A DNA stretch of 64,000 bases from Gammaproteobacteria bacterium (lineage in GTDB: Bacteria; Pseudomonadota; Gammaproteobacteria; Competibacterales; Competibacteraceae). Location: contig JACKMZ010000002.1 of the NCBI GenBank assembly GCA_024235135.1, positions 304,975-368,974 of the forward strand. The letters run 5' to 3'. The translations under genes and the position numbers were made by a program. A model generated the notes under the pieces. It saw only the letters and a list, made by a program, of their open reading frames with translations, had not been told where the DNA came from and searched no databases. Shown in pieces: positions 1 through 10,193 of this stretch (position 1 is its first letter; each line of letters begins with the position of its first letter).

Positions 1-204
1 GTTCCACAGAACGATCATGTGTTGCTTGAGAACCTTGTCACTCATTAGCACCAACGAAAATCGCGAATAACAATCGCATGCGACGAGCGGCCCGAATGAG
101 CGGGTATCGATGAGTGTTCGAAACACGGTGCAACAATCCGAATCGAATGGACATGCTTAGAGGAGGTCGCTGCTCATTCGGCTTTGGACAATTAGAGATT
201 TTTT

Positions 205-1014
205 ATGAAACCAGAACGTACCTATCAACATGACTTTTCTGAGTCGAGTCCTGCGATGCATGATGTCGACGGTAGAAAAAGAAAGGCGGCAACAATGGTT
301 GCCGTGCTGAACGATTACTTTGATATTTCTTTACACGACTTGCGTGTGCTCGATGTAGGAGGATCCACAGGAATAATAGATGAGTATCTGTCTAACTACT
401 TTGGTTCAGTTACGGGAATAGATATTGATGAAAAAGCTGTTAACTTCGCATCCAGAACACTGAATAGAGAAAATCTCTATTTTCATCTTGGTGATGCAAT
501 GAACTTGGCAGTTTCCAACGAAATGATTGATGTGGTGATTTGCTCGCAAATTTACGAGCATGTCCCCGATGCCAAGAAAATGATTGATGAGATTTATCGA
601 GTTCTTAGACCGGGCGGTATATGTTATTTTGCAGCATCGAATCGCCTTATGTGGAATGAGCCGCATTACAACCTACCTCTATTGTCGGTAGTTCCGCGGC
701 CCATTGCTCATTGGTATATTCGGTTGGCTGGAAAAGCTGACTTCTATCATGAACTTCATTTTTCTTATTGGGGCTTAAAGAACCTGGTAAAGGCTTTCAA
801 GACAATTGACTATACGCGCAAGGTAGTCGAACAACCGGATCGATTTGGCACGGCCTACATGGTCTCGCCAGGCACCATTAAGGCATGGTTAGCCCGATTG
901 ATCACTGAGTGGGTTTACTGGGCGACGCCTGGATACATTTGGCTGCTTCAAAAGCCCGGTGTATTTGCAGCTCAAAAATGCGTTACAGGTGATGTTTGGA
1001 ATGCTGTTTCCTAG
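205..1014 (+). CDS. Class I SAM-dependent methyltransferase
   Basis: The 269 aa ORF carries motif I (LDVGGSTGIID) and a following acidic motif typical of Methyltransf_11/23 enzymes. It lies in the low-GC region. Confidence 0.65.
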   Translation: MKPERTYQHDFSESSPAMHDVDGRKRKAATMVAVLNDYFDISLHDLRVLDVGGSTGIIDEYLSNYFGSVTGIDIDEKAVNFASRTLNRENLYFHLGDAMNLAVSNEMIDVVICSQIYEHVPDAKKMIDEIYRVLRPGGICYFAASNRLMWNEPHYNLPLLSVVPRPIAHWYIRLAGKADFYHELHFSYWGLKNLVKAFKTIDYTRKVVEQPDRFGTAYMVSPGTIKAWLARLITEWVYWATPGYIWLLQKPGVFAAQKCVTGDVWNAVS

Positions 1015-1027
1015 CGCGTCTAAATGC

Positions 1028-1125
1028 AGCCCAATAGGGTGGGCAACTTGTTGCTCATGGGGTTGACTGTTTCCAGAAGGCGCTTAACCTCATAAGCCCA
1101 GTAAGGTGGGCAATTTGTTGCCTAC
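1028..1125. repeat. Imperfect-palindromic intergenic repeat, about 1.5 copies (cccaatagggtgggcaacttgttgc...ggttgactgtttccagaaggcgcttaacc, then a partial second copy)
   Basis: It is about 85% identical to the element at 3319..3385. It contains a perfect internal palindrome, GGCAAC-TT-GTTGCC. Its outer arms AATAGGG..GCAAC and GTTGC..CCTATT are mutually complementary. Confidence 0.6.
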
Positions 1126-1678
1126 ACGGAATAAAAAGCACCACATACCATTCGGCGTTAGTTCTAATTTGATTTGTAATGCGTACTTCAACGTTCTCTG
1201 CGTGAGTAATAAGTTACTCATCCTACAAAACTGTCGTCGGTGTAATGAACGAAATATATTGGTGTGTGAATAACGTGAATGATGCGCTTCCTTTCGTCAG
1301 CATATCCTACGTGCCACGTGCTTTATTCCCAACAAGTTTAAAAGACGGAACGTAGCAGACCAAATTGGCTGGTTCAAGATGAACCGGCAATGATTCGAAA
1401 TGAACCGCTGGGACTATTGGCGGTGTCGGGCAGGGAAAAAGGAAATAAAAGTCGATGGTTCGCATCCCGTATGCCGGTTAGCCGCCAAAATGCAGGCCGC
1501 CACGTTGGCTGCTTAGCGTCATCTTTTCAAACCTTTTGCGAAACGCTTGGATCGACTAGGTTCGTGCATACCAGAAAAAATGACTTTAAGGTTTTCCGAC
1601 ACGTGCTGACCGCTTGGCATAGTCTATGATTGAGCACATATACGGTGATCGACCGGCTTCCAAAAGGGGGTAATGTGT

Positions 1679-2260
1679 ATGAGATCTTATGAAATACTTG
1701 AGAGCCCGTTTAAGGGTAATAAACTTTCGATAACCAAGTACGTTGTATCCAAAGATGGCAGTGTGGCGGGCGTAAACATCGAGGTTCGCCACGATATCAC
1801 GACGATACCGTCAGGAAAATCATTAAGGTGGGTTCAGACTTTAACGACTAATGCTCCCGAGATTCTCAAGTGCAAATCGTCTTCCGTTGTCGATCCATTT
1901 GGTTCCTGGGACCCCAAGATACATAAAGTATCATTACCCGGCGTCACCAGCGTGTGTAAGGCCGATGACACAAAGCCATTCTATTGGACCGATTCGGAGT
2001 TTGCGACTAACGGGCCGGGTTTTAGCGATACCGCACGCTGGACAACGCCTGCCACAGGGCGTTACTGGTTTCAGTTTATCCTCGGTCTCACTGAAGTCAC
2101 GGGAAAGGATGTGCATCATCTGGTAGCAATTAGTTGGGGATATGATCGAATGGCGGATGGGAGCGTCAGAGTCGCAGCCATTCTCAGAGCTAACTCGGTG
2201 CAAATGAAAAGCCACGGCGCCACATTGAAAAAGTATTACAGTACATACAAATTCACCTAA
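1679..2260 (+). CDS. Hypothetical protein in the low-GC region
   Basis: The ORF is 195 aa. An ATG at 1679 is preceded by a GGGGG ribosome-binding site. I recognise no family. Confidence 0.4.
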   Translation: MRSYEILESPFKGNKLSITKYVVSKDGSVAGVNIEVRHDITTIPSGKSLRWVQTLTTNAPEILKCKSSSVVDPFGSWDPKIHKVSLPGVTSVCKADDTKPFYWTDSEFATNGPGFSDTARWTTPATGRYWFQFILGLTEVTGKDVHHLVAISWGYDRMADGSVRVAAILRANSVQMKSHGATLKKYYSTYKFT

Positions 2261-2439
2261 TAGCGCCTTGAATCATTTAATTAATGGTCTATCCAAAATT
2301 GAGCGAGTGTAATTGAGGCTCGGAAAGCATGACCCGTGGAAATCATAATATGGCCGGTAATCGGAGCTTTGCCGCTCATGTCTGGCCTAAGCCTTTGGAA
2401 AGAACAATGAGCTTATCGCAGCAAAGCAATAGGAGGATT

Positions 2440-3024
2440 ATGTTCCTACGAGTGACAAGTGCTAATCGAGTCAGGACATTGCTGAAAGGGTTGTCAATAT
2501 TACTAATTGTTTTAGCATTGGGAGTCACAGCAGTCATGAATAGCACAGCCTCAGCTCAAGAGGTTAACCACTCTGATTTATCGGCGACGATTGCCGTTCC
2601 GCTACACGATGGGAGTCGGATGATTGATCTTTATTCTCCTGATAACCATTTTCATGTCATCCTATCAAACCACTCCGATACAGTGCTGCATCTTTGGCGA
2701 GAGTGGTGTTCGTGGGGGCATTACAATCTCAGTTTCGAGATAACCGACGAACAGGGGAAGACCTGGATCGTGAGCAAGCAAGACAAGAATTGGACGAAGA
2801 ATTTTCCTGACTTCCTTGAATTGTCTCCTGCGGAAAGCCTGGTGTTTGATGTCAATTTCAATCCGAAGATTTGGAAGGACTCGCCGATTAGTGGCGCTTC
2901 TGGATCGAAAAAAGTAGTCATGCGTGCTATTTATCGAGTCGAAGCATCTGATGAATCCAAGAAAGCCGGCGTTTGGACCGGAGAAATCGCTTCTCCCGCT
3001 CAAGAGTACGTTTTGAATTGGTAA
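2440..3024 (+). CDS. Hypothetical secreted protein (N-terminal signal peptide)
   Basis: The internal ATG at 2440 is preceded by a strong AGGAGG ribosome-binding site. A hydrophobic h-region (LLKGLSILLIVLALGVTAVM) is followed by ASAQE. The ORF caller started 37 codons upstream. Confidence 0.45.
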   Translation: MFLRVTSANRVRTLLKGLSILLIVLALGVTAVMNSTASAQEVNHSDLSATIAVPLHDGSRMIDLYSPDNHFHVILSNHSDTVLHLWREWCSWGHYNLSFEITDEQGKTWIVSKQDKNWTKNFPDFLELSPAESLVFDVNFNPKIWKDSPISGASGSKKVVMRAIYRVEASDESKKAGVWTGEIASPAQEYVLNW

Positions 3025-3318
3025 AATTTTCGGGTTCCCTTGCGCGAAGTGGAAACGCTGTGTCGAAACACCGTGATTTCTAACTGACAAAACGATTCGC
3101 GCTACGGACATAGCCTGACGGGCGGACGAAGCGCCGGCCGCCCGAACGGCTCCGCAAAGTCTTGATCCAGCCTCCAAGCGAGATCGGGCATTATTGCCGG
3201 TTAATATCAGGGAATGGCCCCTTCTTTGCGAAATCCGATAAGGTTGAAACCCATTGGGTGTCTAAGTTTTGTTTCATCTGGCCCACTAGCCTTGTTCTCT
3301 GCAACTTTTCCGCATTTC

Positions 3319-3385
3319 GAGCCCAATAGGGCAGGCAACTTGTTGCCCACGGGGTTGACTGTTTCAAGAAGTTGCTTAACCTATT
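3319..3385. repeat. Second copy of the ~65 bp imperfect-palindromic repeat
   Basis: The sequence gcccaatagggcaggcaacttgttgcccacggggttgactgtttcaagaagttgcttaacctatt aligns with 1028..1094. It sits between two same-strand genes. Confidence 0.6.
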
Positions 3386-3455
3386 AAGTTATAATAGTGG
3401 TAGGGTATTGTACCCTACGATCCACTCAAATTGATCTCGTGGAGGACACACTAAA

Positions 3456-3983
3456 ATGATAGGCTGCTTTAGAAACATTACGGCAATTTCCTTTTGTGTG
3501 CTGATGTCAGCGACGGGCACTGCTATGGGTTTGGACTTTATCCCTTATCCAGAACTTGCAGGAACGATCTGGTTGTCACAACAGCCGCATACCCGGACAG
3601 CAGTCGATACTAAGGGGAACATCGAACATAAAGAAGGAAAGGATATCTACGTTAAGTTTCTGGCGCTGAAGGATGGCGTTTATTCCATAGCAATACACTG
3701 GTGGAATGAGTCGGCCAAGATAAACGTTATGGAATACGGTGTGCTTGTTAAAAGCGCAGAGAACTCCTACACCTATATCGAGGCGGATCATCCGGATGAT
3801 AGCGGATTTCCCGGTATTGCCGGCACCGGCACCTTTGAACTGCTGGATGCATCGACGGCCCAATTTTCACAACTTGGCCGCTTGCTTGACGGTTCGGCTA
3901 GCGCCTTCGTCAATCGTTTGCACAAGGTTTCGGAGGCTCCCACTGTCGAAATTCCCCAAACCTATCCAAAAAAGGCCGAATGA
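3456..3983 (+). CDS. Hypothetical secreted protein
   Basis: A GGAGGA ribosome-binding site lies 9 nt upstream of the ATG. The N-terminal signal-like segment is MIGCFRNITAISFCVLMSATGTAMG. The gene has low-GC codon usage. Confidence 0.45.
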   Translation: MIGCFRNITAISFCVLMSATGTAMGLDFIPYPELAGTIWLSQQPHTRTAVDTKGNIEHKEGKDIYVKFLALKDGVYSIAIHWWNESAKINVMEYGVLVKSAENSYTYIEADHPDDSGFPGIAGTGTFELLDASTAQFSQLGRLLDGSASAFVNRLHKVSEAPTVEIPQTYPKKAE

Positions 3984-4223
3984 GTCAGGGCAAATAAGCT
4001 AAATGAGCAGGGACGATTTTGGGATGGCTTTGCCTTATTTGTCACTAAAAATTTAGCTCATGCTATCGATGCCTTTGGCCTTATTCTCAGGTTATTGCTA
4101 AAGCTTCACGGAAAATAGTTTCTCGGAGAAAATGACTGGAATGATGTACTTCCTCATGTCAGTATATCCTGAATATATTTTCCAGTTATCCACCGTTCCG
4201 TTGGGTCAGGCTCATCTGGGTAA

Positions 4224-4778
4224 ATGAGATTCAAGGGCATTCACCATATTGAACTTTCGGTACTGAACTACGAGGAATCCATTAGGTTTTTCGACAAGAT
4301 GTTTGGCTGGCTTGGATACAAGAGTTTCTGGACGCTGGATATTGGATATCGGTCGACTTATTACATGGCTCGCTTCCCCTTTTTCCACAGCTATATCGGA
4401 ATTCAGCCTGCCGAGACGGGAAGCAAATTGATACCGGCTGATCATGCCGCCGGGATACATCACGTCGCCTTGTGGGCGAAAAACAGACGGGAAATTGACG
4501 ATTTCCACGCGAGTTTTTTGCTAAAGAACAATGTCAACGTGACGGACCCGCCCGCCGAGTATCCGGTCTATACGCCGGGTTACTATGCGGTGTTTTTTGA
4601 TGACCCCATCACGGGGATTCATTTCGAGTTGAGCCATACGCCGTTATGGCCTTCGCTTTCAAGCTATTTTGCATGGATTCGGGCACTGAAAGCCGTTTGG
4701 CGAACGCATCCCGAATGGAAGGCGCCACCTTGGAAAGAGGCGATGCGGAAGTTGCCCTCAAGGCGCGACCCAACTTGA
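4224..4778 (+). CDS. VOC/glyoxalase-bleomycin-resistance family protein
   Basis: An N-terminal 'GIHHIELSV' segment and a second 'GIHHVALW' segment are typical of the tandem βαβββ modules in the VOC superfamily. Confidence 0.5.
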   Translation: MRFKGIHHIELSVLNYEESIRFFDKMFGWLGYKSFWTLDIGYRSTYYMARFPFFHSYIGIQPAETGSKLIPADHAAGIHHVALWAKNRREIDDFHASFLLKNNVNVTDPPAEYPVYTPGYYAVFFDDPITGIHFELSHTPLWPSLSSYFAWIRALKAVWRTHPEWKAPPWKEAMRKLPSRRDPT

Positions 4779-4866
4779 CCATGGATCGCAGCCGACCGTT
4801 TTGTTTATGCCCTAACGCAACGGGCGTGGCTGCTTGAGCGATACGAGCGAGGAACCGCTCGGTTCC

Positions 4867-6018
4867 TCAATCGATATAACGGGGTTTATTGTAGAAACCG
4901 GCCATCAGATTGATTTCAGTGTGAACGCCGCCAAACAGATCGGCCAGCTCCTCGAAAGTCATTTCCCCGCTTTCTTGACGACCTACCAAGACCACCTCGT
5001 CTCCCCATCGAACATCTCCGGATAGGTCGGTGATGTCAATGGTCGTTACGTTGAGTGATACGCGGCCAACGACAGGGCAGCGTTGGCCGTTGATCAGCAC
5101 GATTCCCTTGTTGAACAGCCCGCGCGGATAACCTTCTCCAAAACCGACGGGTACGGTGGCGATACGGCTGGGGCGGGTCGTCTTGTAGAGGCTGCCATAG
5201 CCGATGGTCCGGCCTTCGGGCACGTCGCGGATTTCCATGATCCGCGTCTTAATGCTCATGACCGGCCGCAGCTCGGGTGGATTGGAAAAATGGCTGGATG
5301 TCCTCACCCCGTAACAAGCGGCTCCGACCCGCACCATTCCGCCACGAAGCTCCGGCAGGCGCATGCTCGCGGCGCTGTTGTGGCTGTGTACGAGGACATC
5401 CTTTGGCAACACGGATTCAAGCGACGACATCGTTTCGCGGAACTGTTCGAGTTGGTCCCGTGTCGAGCCGAGGTCCGTGCCGTCGGCCGACGGTAAGTGC
5501 GTCATGACGCCCCGCACCCGCAGCCCGTCCATGCCGCAAACGGCGGTCATTCCGGCTTGATCGTCGGCGAGAAATCCGGTGCGGCCCATCCCGGTATCGA
5601 TTTTGATATGCACGGGTACCGGGCTGCTACGGCGTCGCCCATGGCCCGCGAGGAACTCCGCCACCGCGACGGAACCCACCATTTCTTCCACATGGAGTTG
5701 CGTTACCGACTCTTCCAATTCGTCAGGGAGCGCGGTGCGCAGACGTAATATGGGATGAGAGGGATGACGCCGCCTGATCGTCGCCGCTTCGTCGTTGGTG
5801 CAAATGCCCAGGTAATCGGCGCCGGCCCCGATGGCGGAATCAAGCAGATGTTCCAGGCCGTGACCATAAGCGTTGGCTTTCATCACCACGCAAATTTTCG
5901 CTGGCGCGAGGCTTTGACGAAGAAAGTGGATATTGTCGGCAAACGCCGACCGCGAAATTTCAACCTGGATGTGTTTTTGCTGGGCATTCATGGCGATCTG
6001 CAACGTTCGGGATGACAC
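4867..6018 (-). CDS. alr: Alanine racemase
   Basis: The ORF is 383 aa. It carries the PLP-lysine motif 'VVMKANAYGHG' and has the overall length and conserved blocks of alanine racemases. Confidence 0.8.
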   Translation of the reverse strand: MSSRTLQIAMNAQQKHIQVEISRSAFADNIHFLRQSLAPAKICVVMKANAYGHGLEHLLDSAIGAGADYLGICTNDEAATIRRRHPSHPILRLRTALPDELEESVTQLHVEEMVGSVAVAEFLAGHGRRRSSPVPVHIKIDTGMGRTGFLADDQAGMTAVCGMDGLRVRGVMTHLPSADGTDLGSTRDQLEQFRETMSSLESVLPKDVLVHSHNSAASMRLPELRGGMVRVGAACYGVRTSSHFSNPPELRPVMSIKTRIMEIRDVPEGRTIGYGSLYKTTRPSRIATVPVGFGEGYPRGLFNKGIVLINGQRCPVVGRVSLNVTTIDITDLSGDVRWGDEVVLVGRQESGEMTFEELADLFGGVHTEINLMAGFYNKPRYID

Positions 6019-6183
6019 TAAGGTCCCAGAATAGCCGAGTTACCCGTGCAATTGAACTTGCGAAAAACGCCCGGTTCGGGGATGGAATACGATGTCCGAC
6101 GCGGTTCCTGGCCGACCAGGCTTTGCTTGTTGCCTTTTCGGCCAGGTGGCTCAAGTCAGGTGAGCGTATCGAGCGAAACCGTC

Positions 6184-8031
6184 CTAAAGCTCCGATACGT
6201 GCAGTTTGCGCAACATGACCTTGCGCTTGTATTGGTGAGTGTCCATGCGCGCCAGAATCCCACTCAGGAAATTCACCGTTTCGACGATGTACGGTCCTTT
6301 GTTGAGCATGGCGCATTCGGCGCGGCTGCTCATGGCCGCATCGGTGATTTCAGCGCGTGAAGGCGAACCGCGCTTGACCAGCCCTTCCAACATTTGCGTG
6401 GCCCAGATTACCGGCACATGGGCCGCTTCACACAGCCACAGGATTTCTTCCTGCACTTCGGAAAGACGGTCGAAACCCATTTCCACCGCAAGATCGCCAC
6501 GCGCCACCATGACGCCGACCGGCGGGGAACGCAGACTGGCCAGGAGAATGCGCGGCAGATTCTCGAAAGCTTGACGGTTTTCGATCTTGAGCACGATGCC
6601 CAGATGACCGCCACCCAGGCGATGCAGATGATCCTCCAGGATCAATACGTCCTCGGCGTTGCGTAGAAAGGACAAGGCCACCATGTCCACATACTTCACG
6701 ACATGGGCCAGATCGGCGATGTCCTTGTCGGTCAGCGCGGACATGCGCAACTCGGTATCGGGGAAATTGATGCCTTTCTCCGCCCGCAGCTTGGCTCCGC
6801 TGGGACCGGTGTGGGTGATCTGCACGGTGATTCGCTCACCGTCGTTGGCTTTGACGATGCCCCCGATCTTGCCATCGTCGAACCATACGCTTTCACCGGC
6901 CTTGGCGTGATCGAAGGCGGTTTCCAGGGTGCAATGAATTTGCGCCGGCGTGATGACCTGCCCGGCATCGTCGCGTTCGGCATCGTGGCCCGGCTCGTCG
7001 GCGCGGGTCAGAATCAGGGTTTCGCCGGGAAACAGATTCAGCGGCGCGGATACCTCCGGCAGCGGGCCGATCGTTCCCTCGCCGATGAATTCCTCATCCC
7101 GGTACAGTTGAACCAGTCCGCCGCCCGGCGCGTATACCGTGCGGTCGATTTGCGCCACACGGGAATCGCCAATGGCCAGAATGATGGACAAACGGCGATG
7201 CCGATCGCGGGAATCCTGCATGCGCAGTTCGTCGCCAACCCGGCTGAGCGCCAGCAATTCCTGACTGATCGGCAGCACGCTTTCGACCTCGTCCGGCGCC
7301 GGTTGCGGATTTTCGGTCGGCGTCAGCCAGAGTTGGCCGGGTGTCACGGTGCGCCCCAAGGCGTCGCGTTGCGGACGGGTGCGGCGCATTTGCCCTAACG
7401 CCATGATCGGACCTGTGCGCAGCTTGGGGCCGCCTAAGTCGGCTTGTACTTTACAGGTGCGGCCGACTACCCGCTCCGCCCGGCGCAGGTTGTCCACCAT
7501 CGCTTTCCAGTCGTCCGGACTGTCATGGGCGCAGTTGATGCGCATCACGTCCATGCCCGCCGTCAGCAGGTTTTGAATCAGTTGCGGATCGCGGGCGGCT
7601 TCGCTGGGCATGGTCACCATGATGCGCACCGAGCGATTGACCGGGTCCGGCCCTAGCAACGCACGGGTATGGTCGCGCAGCAACAGCGGGCCGGTGCGAA
7701 AATCGACAGGCGGCTCCGGAATCGGGTTGCCGGGCTTGCCGGTCAATTGTTCCAGCAGGCTCAGCACCGCGTTCAGGGTGTACAGCGTATGGGCCTCCAG
7801 CACGCCCAACGAAGAGAGGCCCAGCGATGCCAGATCCCGCTGCAGATTGCGCACGTCGTGCTGGCGCACGCTGAGATAGTGCAACAGGTTGCGGGCGCTG
7901 TTGCGGTACGCGGGTTCCACCTCATCCAATTCGGCGGCGAGAGAGTTTTCCAACTGGAGCGCACCTTCCCGCAAGGAGAGCAACGGCGGGATCAGACGTT
8001 CCAACATGCGATGAGTGGCGTGCAGTGTCAT
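6184..8031 (-). CDS. Pyruvate kinase family protein with an N-terminal extension of about 140 aa
   Basis: It matches the PK signature 'LGIVLKIENRQAF'. 'MRINCAHD' fits the NxSHG-type motif. 'VMVARGDLAVEMG' fits the active-site block. At 615 aa it is about 140 aa longer than canonical PykF/PykA. Confidence 0.65.
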   Translation of the reverse strand: MTLHATHRMLERLIPPLLSLREGALQLENSLAAELDEVEPAYRNSARNLLHYLSVRQHDVRNLQRDLASLGLSSLGVLEAHTLYTLNAVLSLLEQLTGKPGNPIPEPPVDFRTGPLLLRDHTRALLGPDPVNRSVRIMVTMPSEAARDPQLIQNLLTAGMDVMRINCAHDSPDDWKAMVDNLRRAERVVGRTCKVQADLGGPKLRTGPIMALGQMRRTRPQRDALGRTVTPGQLWLTPTENPQPAPDEVESVLPISQELLALSRVGDELRMQDSRDRHRRLSIILAIGDSRVAQIDRTVYAPGGGLVQLYRDEEFIGEGTIGPLPEVSAPLNLFPGETLILTRADEPGHDAERDDAGQVITPAQIHCTLETAFDHAKAGESVWFDDGKIGGIVKANDGERITVQITHTGPSGAKLRAEKGINFPDTELRMSALTDKDIADLAHVVKYVDMVALSFLRNAEDVLILEDHLHRLGGGHLGIVLKIENRQAFENLPRILLASLRSPPVGVMVARGDLAVEMGFDRLSEVQEEILWLCEAAHVPVIWATQMLEGLVKRGSPSRAEITDAAMSSRAECAMLNKGPYIVETVNFLSGILARMDTHQYKRKVMLRKLHVSEL

Positions 8032-8140
8032 GAGAGAGTGGTCCGCTGGGAAAGGTCTATAACTAGCACAGGGAGATGACCGTTTTTTGACAGAACGGCG
8101 TGTTCCGCCCTGGGCGGCCGGTAAGGCCGATGGGTGGCGC

Positions 8141-8986
8141 TCAGGAGGACTTTTTACCGTCCCGGTCGGCCAGTATCTCCCGCGCTTGTTGCGCCATGGC
8201 GACGAGTGTCGGACGTAACTGGCTGGCGTCGGTCAAAGCGGACGCGAAGCCGATCCGTATCCGTTCGCGACGCCCATCGCCGGCGCACAGCATGTTGAAG
8301 CCGAAGCGGTCCACGCTGGTCATGCGGCATTCGCTTGCCCAGTCCCGGTCGGCGAATGCGCGGGCGTAGTCGCACAGATTTTGCCCGTGGTCCGCATTCA
8401 TGTGGGCCAGTGCGCTGGCGGCGATGGCGCTGAGCGGATCGGGCGCGGCTTGGGCATAGTCCGTGGCTTCCAGCCAGCCCATACGACCGAAACCCGCGAT
8501 GAATCGCACCCGCTCGACTTGCAGGCAAAAGAAATTGAAATCGGAGAAATCGATGTACTGGCTGGCCTGGGGGTGCTTGACGAGATAATCCGCGCGATAA
8601 CGTAGGCGGTCATCGACTGGGGTTGCCTGGCCTAGCAGTGTCAGACGGTTCTCGGCTAACTGATCCACACCGTCCATTCCGGGCGCTATCAACAACGAGG
8701 CACGCGGATCACGGCTCAGATACTTCCGATGTTCGGCCAGATCGCTTAACAGCAGCACGATGTTTCCGTTGATCAAAGGCAGATAGTCCACCACCGAGCC
8801 ATAAGGGTAACCGTCGTCGCTGCGCAGCGTGCTCAATACGCCGTGAGCCTGTGTCGCGACCAAGGTGCGGGCCGCTTCGCTCAAGGGAGGTAAGGCGGTG
8901 TTTCTCGCCACGGGACGATCCTCTGCTCCGCTGGGGGCTGTCAGGTTGAAGAGGGCGATTGTACAACGATCGGCGAGGTATCCCAT
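8141..8986 (-). CDS. HugZ-like / pyridoxamine-5'-phosphate-oxidase-related FMN-binding protein with a DUF2470-like C-terminus
   Basis: The N-terminal block 'HGVLSTL..DGYPYGSVVDY' is a split-barrel block seen in HugZ-family proteins. This is recognised from memory of the family, not from a search. Confidence 0.45.
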   Translation of the reverse strand: MGYLADRCTIALFNLTAPSGAEDRPVARNTALPPLSEAARTLVATQAHGVLSTLRSDDGYPYGSVVDYLPLINGNIVLLLSDLAEHRKYLSRDPRASLLIAPGMDGVDQLAENRLTLLGQATPVDDRLRYRADYLVKHPQASQYIDFSDFNFFCLQVERVRFIAGFGRMGWLEATDYAQAAPDPLSAIAASALAHMNADHGQNLCDYARAFADRDWASECRMTSVDRFGFNMLCAGDGRRERIRIGFASALTDASQLRPTLVAMAQQAREILADRDGKKSS

Positions 8987-9011
8987 CGGGCGGGCGGCGA
9001 TAGCTCGTAAA

Positions 9012-10193
9012 TCACAGCGTCGCTAGATAATTCACCACGGATTCCAGGCTGGCCACGTTATGGGCGGGAGCCAGCAGGTCGAGTAGCGGTAGAACGTCTC
9101 GCAGGACGTCTTCGTCGGGATCGTGGTCATCCCTGCCCAGCATCGGGTTGAGCCACAGCAGGCGTTTGGCCCGTTGGCGGAGTACGCTCAATGCGGCGAC
9201 CAGGGCTTCGGGGTGATCGGAGTCGAAACCATCGCTCATGATGATCACGATGGAACGGGAATCGATCAAACGCCGGCCGAACTGCCGATTGAACTGATAC
9301 AGCGAATCGGCGATCCGTGTGCCGCCCATCCACAAGGGCGCCAAACGTTCCAGCCGTTTGCGCAAGGTGTCGCTGTCGGTTTGCCGGAACAGATCGGTGA
9401 CGCGGTGCAGTTGGGTGTGGAACAAAAAGGCTTCCGCTTCCGGCAGCGTCAGCACTAGGCCGCGCGTAAAGCGCGCCAGCAACTCGCTGTAGCGGGCCAT
9501 CGAATGGGAGATATCCAATATCAGCACCAGACGCGGCAATTGTCGCTTGCGCTCGCGATATGCGGGCTTTAGCGGCAGGCCGCCATAGGCCAGACTCTTG
9601 CGCAGGGTGCGCCGCAAGTGAATTTTCCGGCCACGATTGAGACAACGTTCCCGGCGCATTAGCCGTTGCCGCATGAGCCTGGCCAGACGCTCGGCTAATT
9701 GCGCCATAGCCTGCATTTCACCGCGTTCGGTCAGAAAGCGGAAATCGATCCGCGTCAGGGCTTTTTGCCGGCCCGCGCCACCTCCCTTGGGTTCGTCGTC
9801 AGCCTCGCCTTGGGGAAGCTCGGCTTCGGCGTGGCTTAAACCGGTGACCCCCTGATTGCGATTGCCGCGTGGGATTCGCGGGTCACGGCGGCGGCGCTGT
9901 TGCTCGGCTTGGATGACCCGCTGCGGATGCCAGAATTGCTCGAACAGGAGGTCGAAACGCCGCCATTCATCGAGCGATCGACAAAGCAGATGGCGGAGCC
10001 CATCACGTAGGTAGGATTCGTCCAGCAGATTGCCCAGTGTGGCGAGTCGTAAACTATCCAGCGTTTCCTGGATGCCCACGCCGTATCCGTGCCCGCGCAG
10101 GAAACTCACGAAATCCTGTATGCGGTTCGCCGGTGACTGATCGTTCCGTAGGCTGCTCGGCTGGCCGGATTGCGAAGCACCCTGGTCCATCAA
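9012..10193 (-). CDS. VWA-domain protein, CoxE-like
   Basis: It has the 'VLILDISHSM' MIDAS-like start of a VWA domain and the 'VIIMSDGFDSD' block typical of the CoxE/VWA_CoxE family. It overlaps the upstream MoxR gene by 4 bp, which suggests an operon. Confidence 0.7.
   Translation of the reverse strand: MMDQGASQSGQPSSLRNDQSPANRIQDFVSFLRGHGYGVGIQETLDSLRLATLGNLLDESYLRDGLRHLLCRSLDEWRRFDLLFEQFWHPQRVIQAEQQRRRRDPRIPRGNRNQGVTGLSHAEAELPQGEADDEPKGGGAGRQKALTRIDFRFLTERGEMQAMAQLAERLARLMRQRLMRRERCLNRGRKIHLRRTLRKSLAYGGLPLKPAYRERKRQLPRLVLILDISHSMARYSELLARFTRGLVLTLPEAEAFLFHTQLHRVTDLFRQTDSDTLRKRLERLAPLWMGGTRIADSLYQFNRQFGRRLIDSRSIVIIMSDGFDSDHPEALVAALSVLRQRAKRLLWLNPMLGRDDHDPDEDVLRDVLPLLDLLAPAHNVASLESVVNYLATL

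Noticed and set aside
1028-3385. Interpretation of the palindromic repeats as integron attC sites
   Set aside because: The overall bulged-hairpin architecture is suggestive. But I could not find canonical R''/R' core sites (RYYYAAC / GTTRRRY) at the arm ends, and no intI is visible in the window. It is kept only as a hypothesis to test.
4843-4862. Perfect 8 bp inverted repeat (gaggaacc-gctc-ggttcctc) between the convergent VOC and alr genes
   Set aside because: It may be a bidirectional terminator hairpin, but it lacks a U-tract on either side. It is too weak to list as a feature.
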